Positions 56,022-64,000 of a stretch of 64,000 nt of DNA are shown piece after piece (position 1 is the stretch's first letter; the number at the start of each line of letters is the position of its first letter). The translations under genes and the position numbers were made by a program. The stretch comes from Candidatus Poribacteria bacterium (GTDB taxonomy: Bacteria; Poribacteria; WGA-4E; WGA-3G), in assembly GCA_965205015.1 (NCBI GenBank), contig OZ242029.1:1792001-1856000 (forward strand). The letters are read 5' to 3'. The notes beneath the pieces are model-generated. The model saw only the letters and a list, made by a program, of their open reading frames with translations. It was not told the origin of the DNA and did not search any database.

Positions 56022-58574
56022 ATGAAAGACCAGCTTTTTAGTAGGAAAGTCCTCTTTTCCTTATTAGCTGTTGTATTGTGTTTAGGATTTACAGCCATGA
56101 GTTATGGCCAAGCTGTCATTTCTGTGGACCCAGCTGAAGTAGAATCCCCAGCAGCTGGGGAAGAACTCATGGTGAGTATTAATATAACGGGTGGCGCGGG
56201 AGTCGTGGGCTACCAAGCAACCGTAAACTTCGATGCGACTGCGCTCGAATATGTTTCTGCCGCGAATGCCGACTACCTGCCCGCAGGCGCGTTCCCGATT
56301 GTAACACCAGGTGATGGCAATGTCTTAGTCGGAGCTGGTGGAGCAAATCCGGCAGCAGAAGCCGATGGCACACTCGCTACGGTAACATTTAAGGTCATTG
56401 AAGCGAAAGCCTCCACTATCAGTTTAACAGATGTTCTGCTCTCTGATGCCGCTGCTGCTGCATTAGAATTCACGACTATGGACGGTATGGTTACTGTTGA
56501 TGGTGCTGGTCCAGCAGCCGAAGAACCCGCTGCTGATGACGCAGCCGCCGATGATGCCGAAGCAGATGATGATGCCGAAGCGGACGAGGCCGCTGCCGAT
56601 GATACAGCCGCCGATGATGCGGAAACGGACGATGCCGCTGACGATGCGGAAACTGAGGAAACCGAAGCCGAAATGCCCACCAGTCAGATGTTCGAGATTA
56701 CCCTCACGAACCTGACGGAGGGTGTACACGGTGAGAGCGGACAAACGCTATCTCCCGCCATTTTCGCAGCACACCCCGCCGGCGTTAAACTTGCCGAAGT
56801 CGGTCAGCCCGCAAATGAGGCGATTGTCGCGCTTGCTGAAGGTGGCGATACGTCAGGGCTTGAAGCACTCGCAACTGCTGCTGGCGCGAACGTCATGATC
56901 GCTATGAATGCGGATATGACGCGTCGGTATACGATGCCAGGTCAATCTACGACGGTCACGATAACGGCTGATATGACGAATTCTTCGCTCTCTGTCGGCT
57001 CAATGTTGGTCTCAACGAACGATGCGTTCATCGCGGTTATTGACGAACCCCTCTTTGATGAAGACGGTATGCCTGTCTCGACAACCATTGACTTGATGGC
57101 GTATGATGCTGGGAGTGAAGATAACACAGAGATGGCTTCCGATATTCCGGGACCCCTCGGTTTAGATGAAGCAACGGATCCCCCAGGGAGCAATGAGCGT
57201 GTTCCGACGGAAGGTGGGGTCATAGCAGCGCATGAAGGTATCCAAGGTGTTGGTGATGTCACTGAAGCGTTTGCGTGGGAAGAGCCGACAGCAATGTTGA
57301 CGATCATGCCAGTTGAAGCGCCTGCGGAACCGATGCCAGAAGAACCGATGCCGGAACCCGTCGTGGAAGGTCCTGGTTTTGATGTGATGTTGGAATCGGG
57401 CTTGAACATGATTTCGATTCCGCTGATGCCAGCGGAACCTTACACAGCGAAATCACTCGCAGAAATGCTCGGTGCCACGGTTGTGATCCAACTCGATGCT
57501 GCGACGCAGAATTTCGTGGGCTACACAGTAGCCGATGAAGGTGATGGTTTTGGTATTGACGGGGGTAGAGGTTATATTGTGAATACCCCTGCGGGGGGTA
57601 TGGTGAAGTTCACGGGTGATGCGTGGGATAACCAGCCTGAACAGCCTGAAGAACCTGAAGTTGAAGCCGATGCTGAAGTTGAAGTCGATGCTGAAACCGA
57701 TGATGCCGAAGCGGATGACGCAGCCGCCGATGATGCCGAAGCGGATGATGCCGAAGCGGACGATGCTGATGCCGAAGCCGATGCCGAAGCCGATGCTGGT
57801 GAAGGTGATACTGAAGCCGATGCTGGTGGAGATGACGCCGCTGCTGACGCTGGTGGAGATGCTGATGCCGAAGCCGATGCTGGTGAAGGTGATGCTGCTG
57901 GTGAAGATGATGCCGCAGATGCTGGTGGAGACGCCGCACCCGCTGCACCCACACGCGCAACCTATAAAAGCGCATGGGCGTTCATCGTGACCAGTGACAT
58001 CCAAGGCATGGAAACTGGCACAGCATATACCCTCGTCGCAGAGAACCTCCGCACCGGCACGATTGCCACGGAGAACATCACAAGCACAGCAAAACGTTCC
58101 TCTGCTGTCTGGGCAGACCTGAACCGTAAGAGCGTCGTTGAAGCGGGTGATAAACTCAAAGTCGCACTTTACGACGACAACAACAGAATCGTCTCGGGTC
58201 CGTTCCAACGCACGGTGACGACCGGGGACATTCGCAACGCGTTCCTGAGTCTGCAACTGAGGGTCGGAGATGTGCAGCCGCAAGATACGTTACTGGCGCA
58301 GAACTTCCCGAATCCGTTCAATCCAGAGACATGGATTCCGTATCAGTTGAGCAAAGCGACAGAAGTGAAGATCGCTATCTATGATGTATCGGGTCGCTTG
58401 GTTCGTTCGTTGGATTTGGGTTGGCAGCCGACAGGTTCGTATATGACGCCGTCGAGTGCTGCGTATTGGGATGGTAGGAATGCCGTCGGTGAGCGTGTCG
58501 CGAGTGGTATCTACTTCTATACGCTCCAGACGTCAGATTTCGCTGCGACCCGACGGATGGTTATCCTTAAGTAG
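56022..58574 (+). CDS. Secreted multidomain protein: cohesin - acidic linker - Spondin_N - Ig-like - acidic linker - FlgD-Ig/T9SS-type C-terminal domain
   Basis: Signal peptide; cohesin GYQATVNFDATALEY...GTLATVTFKV; spondin FEITLTNLT, LSP, AEGGD, SMLVSTNDAF, AYDAGSEDN; C-terminal QNFPNPFNPETWIPYQL...WDGRN..GERVASGIYFY. Confidence 0.85.
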   Translation: MKDQLFSRKVLFSLLAVVLCLGFTAMSYGQAVISVDPAEVESPAAGEELMVSINITGGAGVVGYQATVNFDATALEYVSAANADYLPAGAFPIVTPGDGNVLVGAGGANPAAEADGTLATVTFKVIEAKASTISLTDVLLSDAAAAALEFTTMDGMVTVDGAGPAAEEPAADDAAADDAEADDDAEADEAAADDTAADDAETDDAADDAETEETEAEMPTSQMFEITLTNLTEGVHGESGQTLSPAIFAAHPAGVKLAEVGQPANEAIVALAEGGDTSGLEALATAAGANVMIAMNADMTRRYTMPGQSTTVTITADMTNSSLSVGSMLVSTNDAFIAVIDEPLFDEDGMPVSTTIDLMAYDAGSEDNTEMASDIPGPLGLDEATDPPGSNERVPTEGGVIAAHEGIQGVGDVTEAFAWEEPTAMLTIMPVEAPAEPMPEEPMPEPVVEGPGFDVMLESGLNMISIPLMPAEPYTAKSLAEMLGATVVIQLDAATQNFVGYTVADEGDGFGIDGGRGYIVNTPAGGMVKFTGDAWDNQPEQPEEPEVEADAEVEVDAETDDAEADDAAADDAEADDAEADDADAEADAEADAGEGDTEADAGGDDAAADAGGDADAEADAGEGDAAGEDDAADAGGDAAPAAPTRATYKSAWAFIVTSDIQGMETGTAYTLVAENLRTGTIATENITSTAKRSSAVWADLNRKSVVEAGDKLKVALYDDNNRIVSGPFQRTVTTGDIRNAFLSLQLRVGDVQPQDTLLAQNFPNPFNPETWIPYQLSKATEVKIAIYDVSGRLVRSLDLGWQPTGSYMTPSSAAYWDGRNAVGERVASGIYFYTLQTSDFAATRRMVILK
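56515..56670 (+). repeat. Low-complexity Ala/Asp/Glu coding repeat
   Basis: GATGACGCAGCCGCCGATGATGCCGAAGC units; shared with 57650-57940. Confidence 0.8.
57650..57940 (+). repeat. Low-complexity Ala/Asp/Glu/Gly coding repeat
   Basis: GATGCCGAAGCC / GATGCTGGTG units. Confidence 0.8.
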
Positions 58575-58737
58575 GTATAGCAGCAATTTTTTAACAATGA
58601 CACATCGTTAAAAAATTGAAAAATAAAACGCCCCCTCGTGTGCTATTCGGAAGTGCCGGTTGCGCTAACCGCGAATCAGCGCTGATTAGCAGTCGGCGTC
58701 GGGGCGTTTTTTAATGTGTACACAAAGGAGAAATTTT

Positions 58738-59862
58738 TTGATTTATCCAAGAAATAGCTTACCTATTTGGGGAGTGCTTGTGATACTTTTCGTTGCAAGC
58801 ACCGGCAGTGCCTTCGCATTTTCTTTCGGACCCCCGGAAGAAAAAACAGGAGCCTTTAAGGAAGGCACATGTGCAGATTGCCATGTCGGCAATGAACTTA
58901 ACGCTCCAGATGGTTCACTGATGCTGACAATCCCTGAAACCTACGAGCCAAATCAGGTTTATGAAATTGTCGTCAGTCTTGCACGGGATGGGCAAAGCCG
59001 TTGGGGGTTTGAAATGACCGCGTTAGATGATGATGGCGCACGCGCTGGCTCCTTTGAAGCCTCAGATGCAGCAAATACACAGTTAAAGGACGCGAACAGT
59101 AAGCAGTATATTATGCACACTGCTGCAGGAAGTGCCCAAGGAACAAATGATGAGAATCAATGGACCCTTAAATGGACCGCTCCTGACGCTGACATAGGAC
59201 CTATTACCTTCTACGCCGCTGGAAACGCCGCCAATGCCGATTTTGGAATCACGGGTGATTATATCTACACAACAAAAGCAGAATCGACACCTCCAATTCC
59301 CACAGTTGCCGGTGTGTCCTTGGAAATCGTCGGAGACACAGCACTCTCTACAATGGATGCCGTTGAAGGTGTAGACTATACCCTCAAAGTCACGAATACC
59401 GGGAATATGATGGACACGATAACGCTTGAAGCCGCAGCAGAAGCTGGCATTGAAGGCAATATCGTTGCAGCACTCAGTAACGAATCAGTTGAACTTGAAG
59501 CCGGTGCATCGACAGAAGTAACGTTGAAGGTTTCAGGAGATGCCTTAGCACCCGGCGATTATGCCATCAGCGTGACGGCAACTTCTCAGACAGATGATAC
59601 GATGACTGCTGAAGTCACAACAACAACAACCATAGAAATGCCACCACCGCCGGCCCCTGAAGCGCCGCCGCCACCGCCGACACCTTGGGATGTCAATGCA
59701 GACGGAAATGTGAATATTCAGGACATCGTCTTAGTCGCCGGTGAATTCGGTCAGTCTGGAGAGGATCTGAAAGGGGATGTAAACGGTGATGGAACAGTGA
59801 ATGTCCTTGATTTAGTCCTTGTATCTTCGCATTTCGGTGAAGCTACGAATGCTGATCAGTAA
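58738..59862 (+). CDS. Secreted Reeler-like (choice-of-anchor V) CxxCH protein with Ig-like domain, Pro-rich linker and dockerin
   Basis: AAGGAG RBS + TTG; signal peptide ending AFA; GPP..TGA..EGTCADCH, WGFEMTA, WTAP, FYAAGNAAN..GDYIY; DVNADGNVNIQDI...DVNGDGTVNVLDL. Confidence 0.85.
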   Translation: MIYPRNSLPIWGVLVILFVASTGSAFAFSFGPPEEKTGAFKEGTCADCHVGNELNAPDGSLMLTIPETYEPNQVYEIVVSLARDGQSRWGFEMTALDDDGARAGSFEASDAANTQLKDANSKQYIMHTAAGSAQGTNDENQWTLKWTAPDADIGPITFYAAGNAANADFGITGDYIYTTKAESTPPIPTVAGVSLEIVGDTALSTMDAVEGVDYTLKVTNTGNMMDTITLEAAAEAGIEGNIVAALSNESVELEAGASTEVTLKVSGDALAPGDYAISVTATSQTDDTMTAEVTTTTTIEMPPPPAPEAPPPPPTPWDVNADGNVNIQDIVLVAGEFGQSGEDLKGDVNGDGTVNVLDLVLVSSHFGEATNADQ

Positions 59863-59914
59863 AACGGACATTAAATTACAAAATTCGTTACGCAACCGCA
59901 AGGAAAATTAAAAA

Positions 59915-60985
59915 ATGGCATCTAAATATCGCGTTGGAATTATCGGATGTGGTGGTATTGCCAATGCTCATGCACGTGGCTATCAGGGCGTTGCGCAAAC
60001 AGAAATTGTCGCACTTGCCGATCCGGTTCAAGTCGCTCTTGACAAGTTCGCAGACACCTACGGCGTATCCCCTGAAAACTGTTATTTGGATGCGCGCGAG
60101 ATGTTGGATAACGAAAATCTTGATATTGTCAGTGTCGCGACGTGGCATAAACTCCATGCACCCATGACAATCGCAGCGTGCGCGCGAAGTCCAAAAGCAG
60201 TGCTCTGTGAAAAACCGATGGGGGTAAGTCTCGGCGAATGCGATGAAATGTTAATCGCCGCCAACCGAAGCAGTGTCAAGGTTGTCATTGGACATCAACG
60301 CCGATTCAATTCCGCATGGACGGATGCCCGAAACCTCATCGCTGACGGGGCAATCGGTGAACCTCAACAGATTGTTTGTCAAGGCGGCCAAGGGCTACTG
60401 AATGACTGCTCACACCTCTTTGATATGATGCGCTATGTCATCGGTGACCCCGATCCACAATGGGTTATCGGTAACGTTGAACGGAAAACGGAACGTTACG
60501 AACGCGATATTCAAATTGAAGACCGGAGTGCGGGTATTATCGGATTTTCAAACGGTTGTATCGGTACGCTCTTGCAGGAGATCGGTAGACCGAACTATCA
60601 AGGAGGTATCGTCTACGGGACAGATGGTATCGCAGATGTGACGGAGGGGCGCGTCCGTCTTCTCAACAATAAGGCTACAGACTGGGAAGAACGTCCCTCT
60701 GATGGAAAGGACCAGCACGTCGCGCAAGCAACTGAGCTGGTTGAATGGATCGAAGGCGGTCCTGAACACCGCGGTGAGGCAAAACATGGGCGTGCTGCCG
60801 TTGAAATTATCATGGCGATCTATGAATCCGCACGAATGCACGAAGTCGTCCAATTACCGCTGCAGACGCATGCCAATCCGTTGGATTTGATGATCGAAAG
60901 CGGAGAGTTGCCTATTGAACGCCCAGGGCGTTACGATATCCGTGCGTTTTTGTTGCACGGCGAATCCATGAAACCTGAAGGATAA
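59915..60985 (+). CDS. Gfo/Idh/MocA family oxidoreductase
   Basis: VGIIGCGGIA, DIVSVAT, LCEKPM, GHQRRF. Confidence 0.9.
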   Translation: MASKYRVGIIGCGGIANAHARGYQGVAQTEIVALADPVQVALDKFADTYGVSPENCYLDAREMLDNENLDIVSVATWHKLHAPMTIAACARSPKAVLCEKPMGVSLGECDEMLIAANRSSVKVVIGHQRRFNSAWTDARNLIADGAIGEPQQIVCQGGQGLLNDCSHLFDMMRYVIGDPDPQWVIGNVERKTERYERDIQIEDRSAGIIGFSNGCIGTLLQEIGRPNYQGGIVYGTDGIADVTEGRVRLLNNKATDWEERPSDGKDQHVAQATELVEWIEGGPEHRGEAKHGRAAVEIIMAIYESARMHEVVQLPLQTHANPLDLMIESGELPIERPGRYDIRAFLLHGESMKPEG

Positions 60986-61011
60986 AAATCACCTACGAGA
61001 ATTAGCGAATT

Positions 61012-62247
61012 ATGCAGATTACACAAGGGGTGACTGTCGGCTTGACAGCACTCCAACGCAACAAGTTACGCTCTGTACTCACAACCCTCGGAATTATCAT
61101 CGGTATCGCAGCGGTTGTGGCTGTTGTTTCTGTTGGCGGTGGTGCCGAACATCTTATGCTCGCTGAATTAGAACGGATCGGCGGTGCAGGGCTGATTGTC
61201 TGCTTTCGGAAAGAGGCGTTCCGTAGAGAAGATGGTTCCTACTACGAAAATAAATATCCAGAATACATTGAATACGAGGATCTGGACTTTCTCCTCGAGA
61301 ATTGTCCCTCTCTTAAAGCAGCCACAGCACTATCACAGACGAATCTCACCGTATCACACAAGCACGTGAATCAATCGCTTGAGATTTGGGGCGTGACACC
61401 TTTCTATGAAGAGGTTAATAATTGGTACGTTCAAACCGGCAGATTTATTACGGAAAGTGACATGGAACGGAGAGAACCCGTCTGTATCATCGGTTCTGAA
61501 GTCCGCAAGGACCTGTTTGAAAGGGAAGACCCGATTGGTCTTGAATTGAGAGTCGGCGAAGAACGATTCACCGTCATCGGGGTCATGGAAGAGAAGGGCA
61601 ATAGTATGGCGAGTGAGGGGTGGGATAATCGGGTAATTATCCCTCTCACCACAATGGAAATCCGTTATATCGGGCAGATGAAAGGGTGGCTCTTCTTGTG
61701 GGCACAAGCCGAGAGTTATGAAAAGGTGGAACAAGCCGTCGCTGAAATCAAAGTTGCGATGCGGCAACAACACGGAGACGAAAAATACTTTGAATTCTTC
61801 ACCGCGAAGGAGATTATAAAACAGGTAGGTAACGTCAGCCGAATTGTTCAAATACTTTTAGGCGGTGTTGCAAGCGTTGCGTTGTTCGTGGGGGGTATCG
61901 GCATCATGAATATTATGTTGGTCTCCGTAACAGAGAGAACCAGTGAGATCGGCTTGCGTAAAGCCGTTGGTGCGAAGCGTCGCGATATCCTGATCCAATT
62001 CCTCATTGAAGCCATCGTTTTGAGCGTTTGTGGCGGGCTTATCGGTATTTTCATCGGAAGTAGTCTCGCTTCTGTGTCGGGTTTGATTATTTCAAAACTC
62101 ATGAATGCGAGTTGGCCCGCTGTTGTCTCAGTCCAAGCCGCTTTGATCGCATTTAGCGTCTCCGCATTAATCGGCATATTTTTTGGACTCTATCCAGCGA
62201 ACAAAGCCTCAGGCCTCACCCCAACAGAGGCATTGCGTCATGACTAA
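61012..62247 (+). CDS. MacB/FtsX-family ABC transporter permease
   Basis: NKLRSVLTTLGIIIG, VGGIGIMNIMLVSVTERTSEIGLRKAVGA, GLYPA. Confidence 0.92.
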   Translation: MQITQGVTVGLTALQRNKLRSVLTTLGIIIGIAAVVAVVSVGGGAEHLMLAELERIGGAGLIVCFRKEAFRREDGSYYENKYPEYIEYEDLDFLLENCPSLKAATALSQTNLTVSHKHVNQSLEIWGVTPFYEEVNNWYVQTGRFITESDMERREPVCIIGSEVRKDLFEREDPIGLELRVGEERFTVIGVMEEKGNSMASEGWDNRVIIPLTTMEIRYIGQMKGWLFLWAQAESYEKVEQAVAEIKVAMRQQHGDEKYFEFFTAKEIIKQVGNVSRIVQILLGGVASVALFVGGIGIMNIMLVSVTERTSEIGLRKAVGAKRRDILIQFLIEAIVLSVCGGLIGIFIGSSLASVSGLIISKLMNASWPAVVSVQAALIAFSVSALIGIFFGLYPANKASGLTPTEALRHD

Positions 62248-62295
62248 AATCACATAATTTCACGCCTCCCTCGCAAAATCAAAGTTTATAGGAAA

Positions 62296-62422
62296 TTATA
62301 GTAGAGTCAATAATTACTTGGGCACCCCGATTGTAGCGCAAACTGTTAGTTTGCGTGCCTCCCCTGCACAAACTGGACAGTTTGTGCTACGAATGTTCAC
62401 TTATTTTTCGGTTTTACTATAA
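62296..62422. repeat. Composite REP element: GTAG...CTAC doublet within degenerate TTATAGTA/TACTATAA inverted ends
   Basis: GTAGCGCAAACTGTTAGTTTGCG (62333) ... CACAAACTGGACAGTTTGTGCTAC (62390). Confidence 0.65.
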
Positions 62423-62470
62423 AATAGAAAATTTGGCTTGCAAGTTACGCCGAAAAAAGGAGCACGTGCT

Positions 62471-63517
62471 GTGTCAAATCGAACAACAAAAATTCGCGCG
62501 GCTGTCGTTGGACTCGGTTGGCCCGGGATGCAACATCTCAAGGGTTATACTGCTGATCCGCGTTCAGAAGTGATTGCCGTCTGCGATTTAGATAAGAAGC
62601 AGGTCAAACAGGTGGCATCGGAGTATAAAATACCGAATACGTATACCAGCCACTTGGAGATGTTGAAGAATAAAGATATCGATGCCGTTAGCGTCTGTTT
62701 GCCGAACTTCCTCCACGCCCCTATCTCTATTGACGCGTTGAACGCTGGCAAGCATGTGCTTTGTGAGAAACCCCCTGCTCGAAGTGCACAGGAAGCAAAG
62801 GCTATGGCAGATGCCGCCACTCAAAATGGAAAAACCTTAATGTATGCCCTCGTGCAGCGGTTTGATGGAAGCACGCAGCGGTTGAAGCAGTTGATACGGG
62901 AAGGCGAACTCGGTGAAATTTACTTCGGCAAAGCAGGGTATGTCCGACGGCGTGGCGTTCCTATCGGTAAGGAAGGGTGGTTTGTCGATAAAGAACGCGC
63001 AGGCGGCGGGGCTCTCATTGATATTGGCGTCCATGCGTTAGATTGTGTTTGGTGGCTCATGAATTCTCCGAGACCCGTTGAGGTTATGGGAACCTCCTAT
63101 TCGCACTTCAGGCATCTGGTGCCTGACGACGTTAAATACGATGTTGACGATGCAACCTTTGCCCAGATCCGCTTTGAAAACGGTGCGACGATTATCCTTG
63201 AAACGACGTGGGCATTGAATCTGCCAGGCGATAATTACATTAAGGTGGCAGGAACAAAAGCAGGAGCGACGCTCAGTCCCTTCACGCTTTATACCGAAGA
63301 AAACGGCAAGGACTTGGATAAGCCCCTTAGCGCACCCCCGATTAACGGCTTTGATGAGGAGGTAAAGCACTTCGTGGCGTGCATTATTGATGGTAAAGAA
63401 CCGATCTCCTCAGCGGAACAGGGGACCATGCTGATGCAGATGCTTGATGGTATCTACGAATCCGCAGAAAAGGGGCGATCTGTGCCTGTCGCGGATTTAA
63501 GCGCCGCAACCGGATGA
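62471..63517 (+). CDS. Gfo/Idh/MocA family oxidoreductase
   Basis: AAGGAG RBS + GTG; AVVGLG, CLPNFLHAP, GKHVLCEKP, GGGALIDIGVH. Confidence 0.9.
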   Translation: MSNRTTKIRAAVVGLGWPGMQHLKGYTADPRSEVIAVCDLDKKQVKQVASEYKIPNTYTSHLEMLKNKDIDAVSVCLPNFLHAPISIDALNAGKHVLCEKPPARSAQEAKAMADAATQNGKTLMYALVQRFDGSTQRLKQLIREGELGEIYFGKAGYVRRRGVPIGKEGWFVDKERAGGGALIDIGVHALDCVWWLMNSPRPVEVMGTSYSHFRHLVPDDVKYDVDDATFAQIRFENGATIILETTWALNLPGDNYIKVAGTKAGATLSPFTLYTEENGKDLDKPLSAPPINGFDEEVKHFVACIIDGKEPISSAEQGTMLMQMLDGIYESAEKGRSVPVADLSAATG

Positions 63518-64000
63518 AATCCCTCTCTTTAGCGTTCCAGGTCTATCTGGCGTTTGCAAAGAAAGCGTTCCAGAGACGGATGCAATATCGGGTGGCAAAC
63601 CTCGCAGGTTTGACGACCAATTTTTTCTTTCTGCTGGTGCATATCTTCGTCTATACTGCTTTCTACGCAGCGCGTACCGCCCCTCAACCCCTGAATCTGG
63701 ATGAAATTATCACCTATTTCGTTCTCTGTCAGGTTTCTTTCATGCTCATGCCGTTTTGGGGGACGCGCTCCGAAATTACGGGCGCGATTAAAGACGGCAG
63801 TATTGCGCTCCAATTAACCAAACCGGTTGACTTCCAAGCGTATTGGTTTGCCGATGAGTGCGGGAGAGCCTTTTATTTTTTACTCATGCGGGGATTTCCG
63901 ACCTTTCTTATCAGCATTCTCTTCTTTAAGGTTACAATTCCGCAGCAGCCCACCGTTTTGATAGTATTTGCAGTTTCAATGCTGCTCGCTATTTTCATGA
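63514..64000 (+). CDS. ABC-2 family permease (DUF990-like), truncated by window edge
   Basis: ATG overlaps previous stop (ATGA); MKSLSLAFQVYLAFAKKAFQRRMQYRVANLAG...IKDGSIALQLTKPVD. Confidence 0.7.
   Translation, partial: MKSLSLAFQVYLAFAKKAFQRRMQYRVANLAGLTTNFFFLLVHIFVYTAFYAARTAPQPLNLDEIITYFVLCQVSFMLMPFWGTRSEITGAIKDGSIALQLTKPVDFQAYWFADECGRAFYFLLMRGFPTFLISILFFKVTIPQQPTVLIVFAVSMLLAIFM

Noticed and set aside
57453-58283. Long antisense ORFs rich in Ser/Ala or His/Arg (also 56273-56744)
   Set aside because: Shadow frames of the low-complexity acidic linkers in the spondin protein.

Overview
Bacterial chromosomal window of mid GC content. It most resembles Candidatus Poribacteria (sponge symbiont); this is an inference from the LamG proteins with 'KLxTTWxxIK' tails, the dockerin/cohesin/FlgD-Ig surface proteins and the WD40-dockerin protein. 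From left to right: (i) a type III Mod-like N6-adenine methyltransferase that runs off the left edge and is frameshifted at a C7 tract; (ii) LamG, FGE-sulfatase, GlnT/GmaS and GT-C genes; (iii) thiO-thiS-thiG, with a 435-bp non-autonomous IS200/IS605 element inserted exactly at the thiG stop; (iv) orphan transporter components; (v) a ~27-kb iron/heme acquisition island (19.3-46.2 kb), entirely on the minus strand and marked by nine copies of a Fur-like palindrome TGATAATGAGnCTCATTATCA. The island holds IsdG-like, PepSY-TM, an HmuR-like TonB receptor, two HmuY, hmuT-[WD40-dockerin]-hmuU-hmuV, porin-imelysin-diheme, TonB receptor-DUF4856-GT-C-FAD oxidoreductase, and MTase-nitroreductase-DUF5916 plus a high-GC siderophore-interacting protein; (vi) assorted enzymes; (vii) a two-gene surface locus in which a cohesin+Spondin_N protein is followed by a Reeler-like(CxxCH)+dockerin protein, i.e. 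the two signature domains of animal F-spondin split over two potentially self-assembling polypeptides; (viii) Gfo/Idh/MocA oxidoreductases and ABC permeases. No rRNA, tRNA or CRISPR array was seen. All domain calls come from reading motifs by eye, not from database searches.
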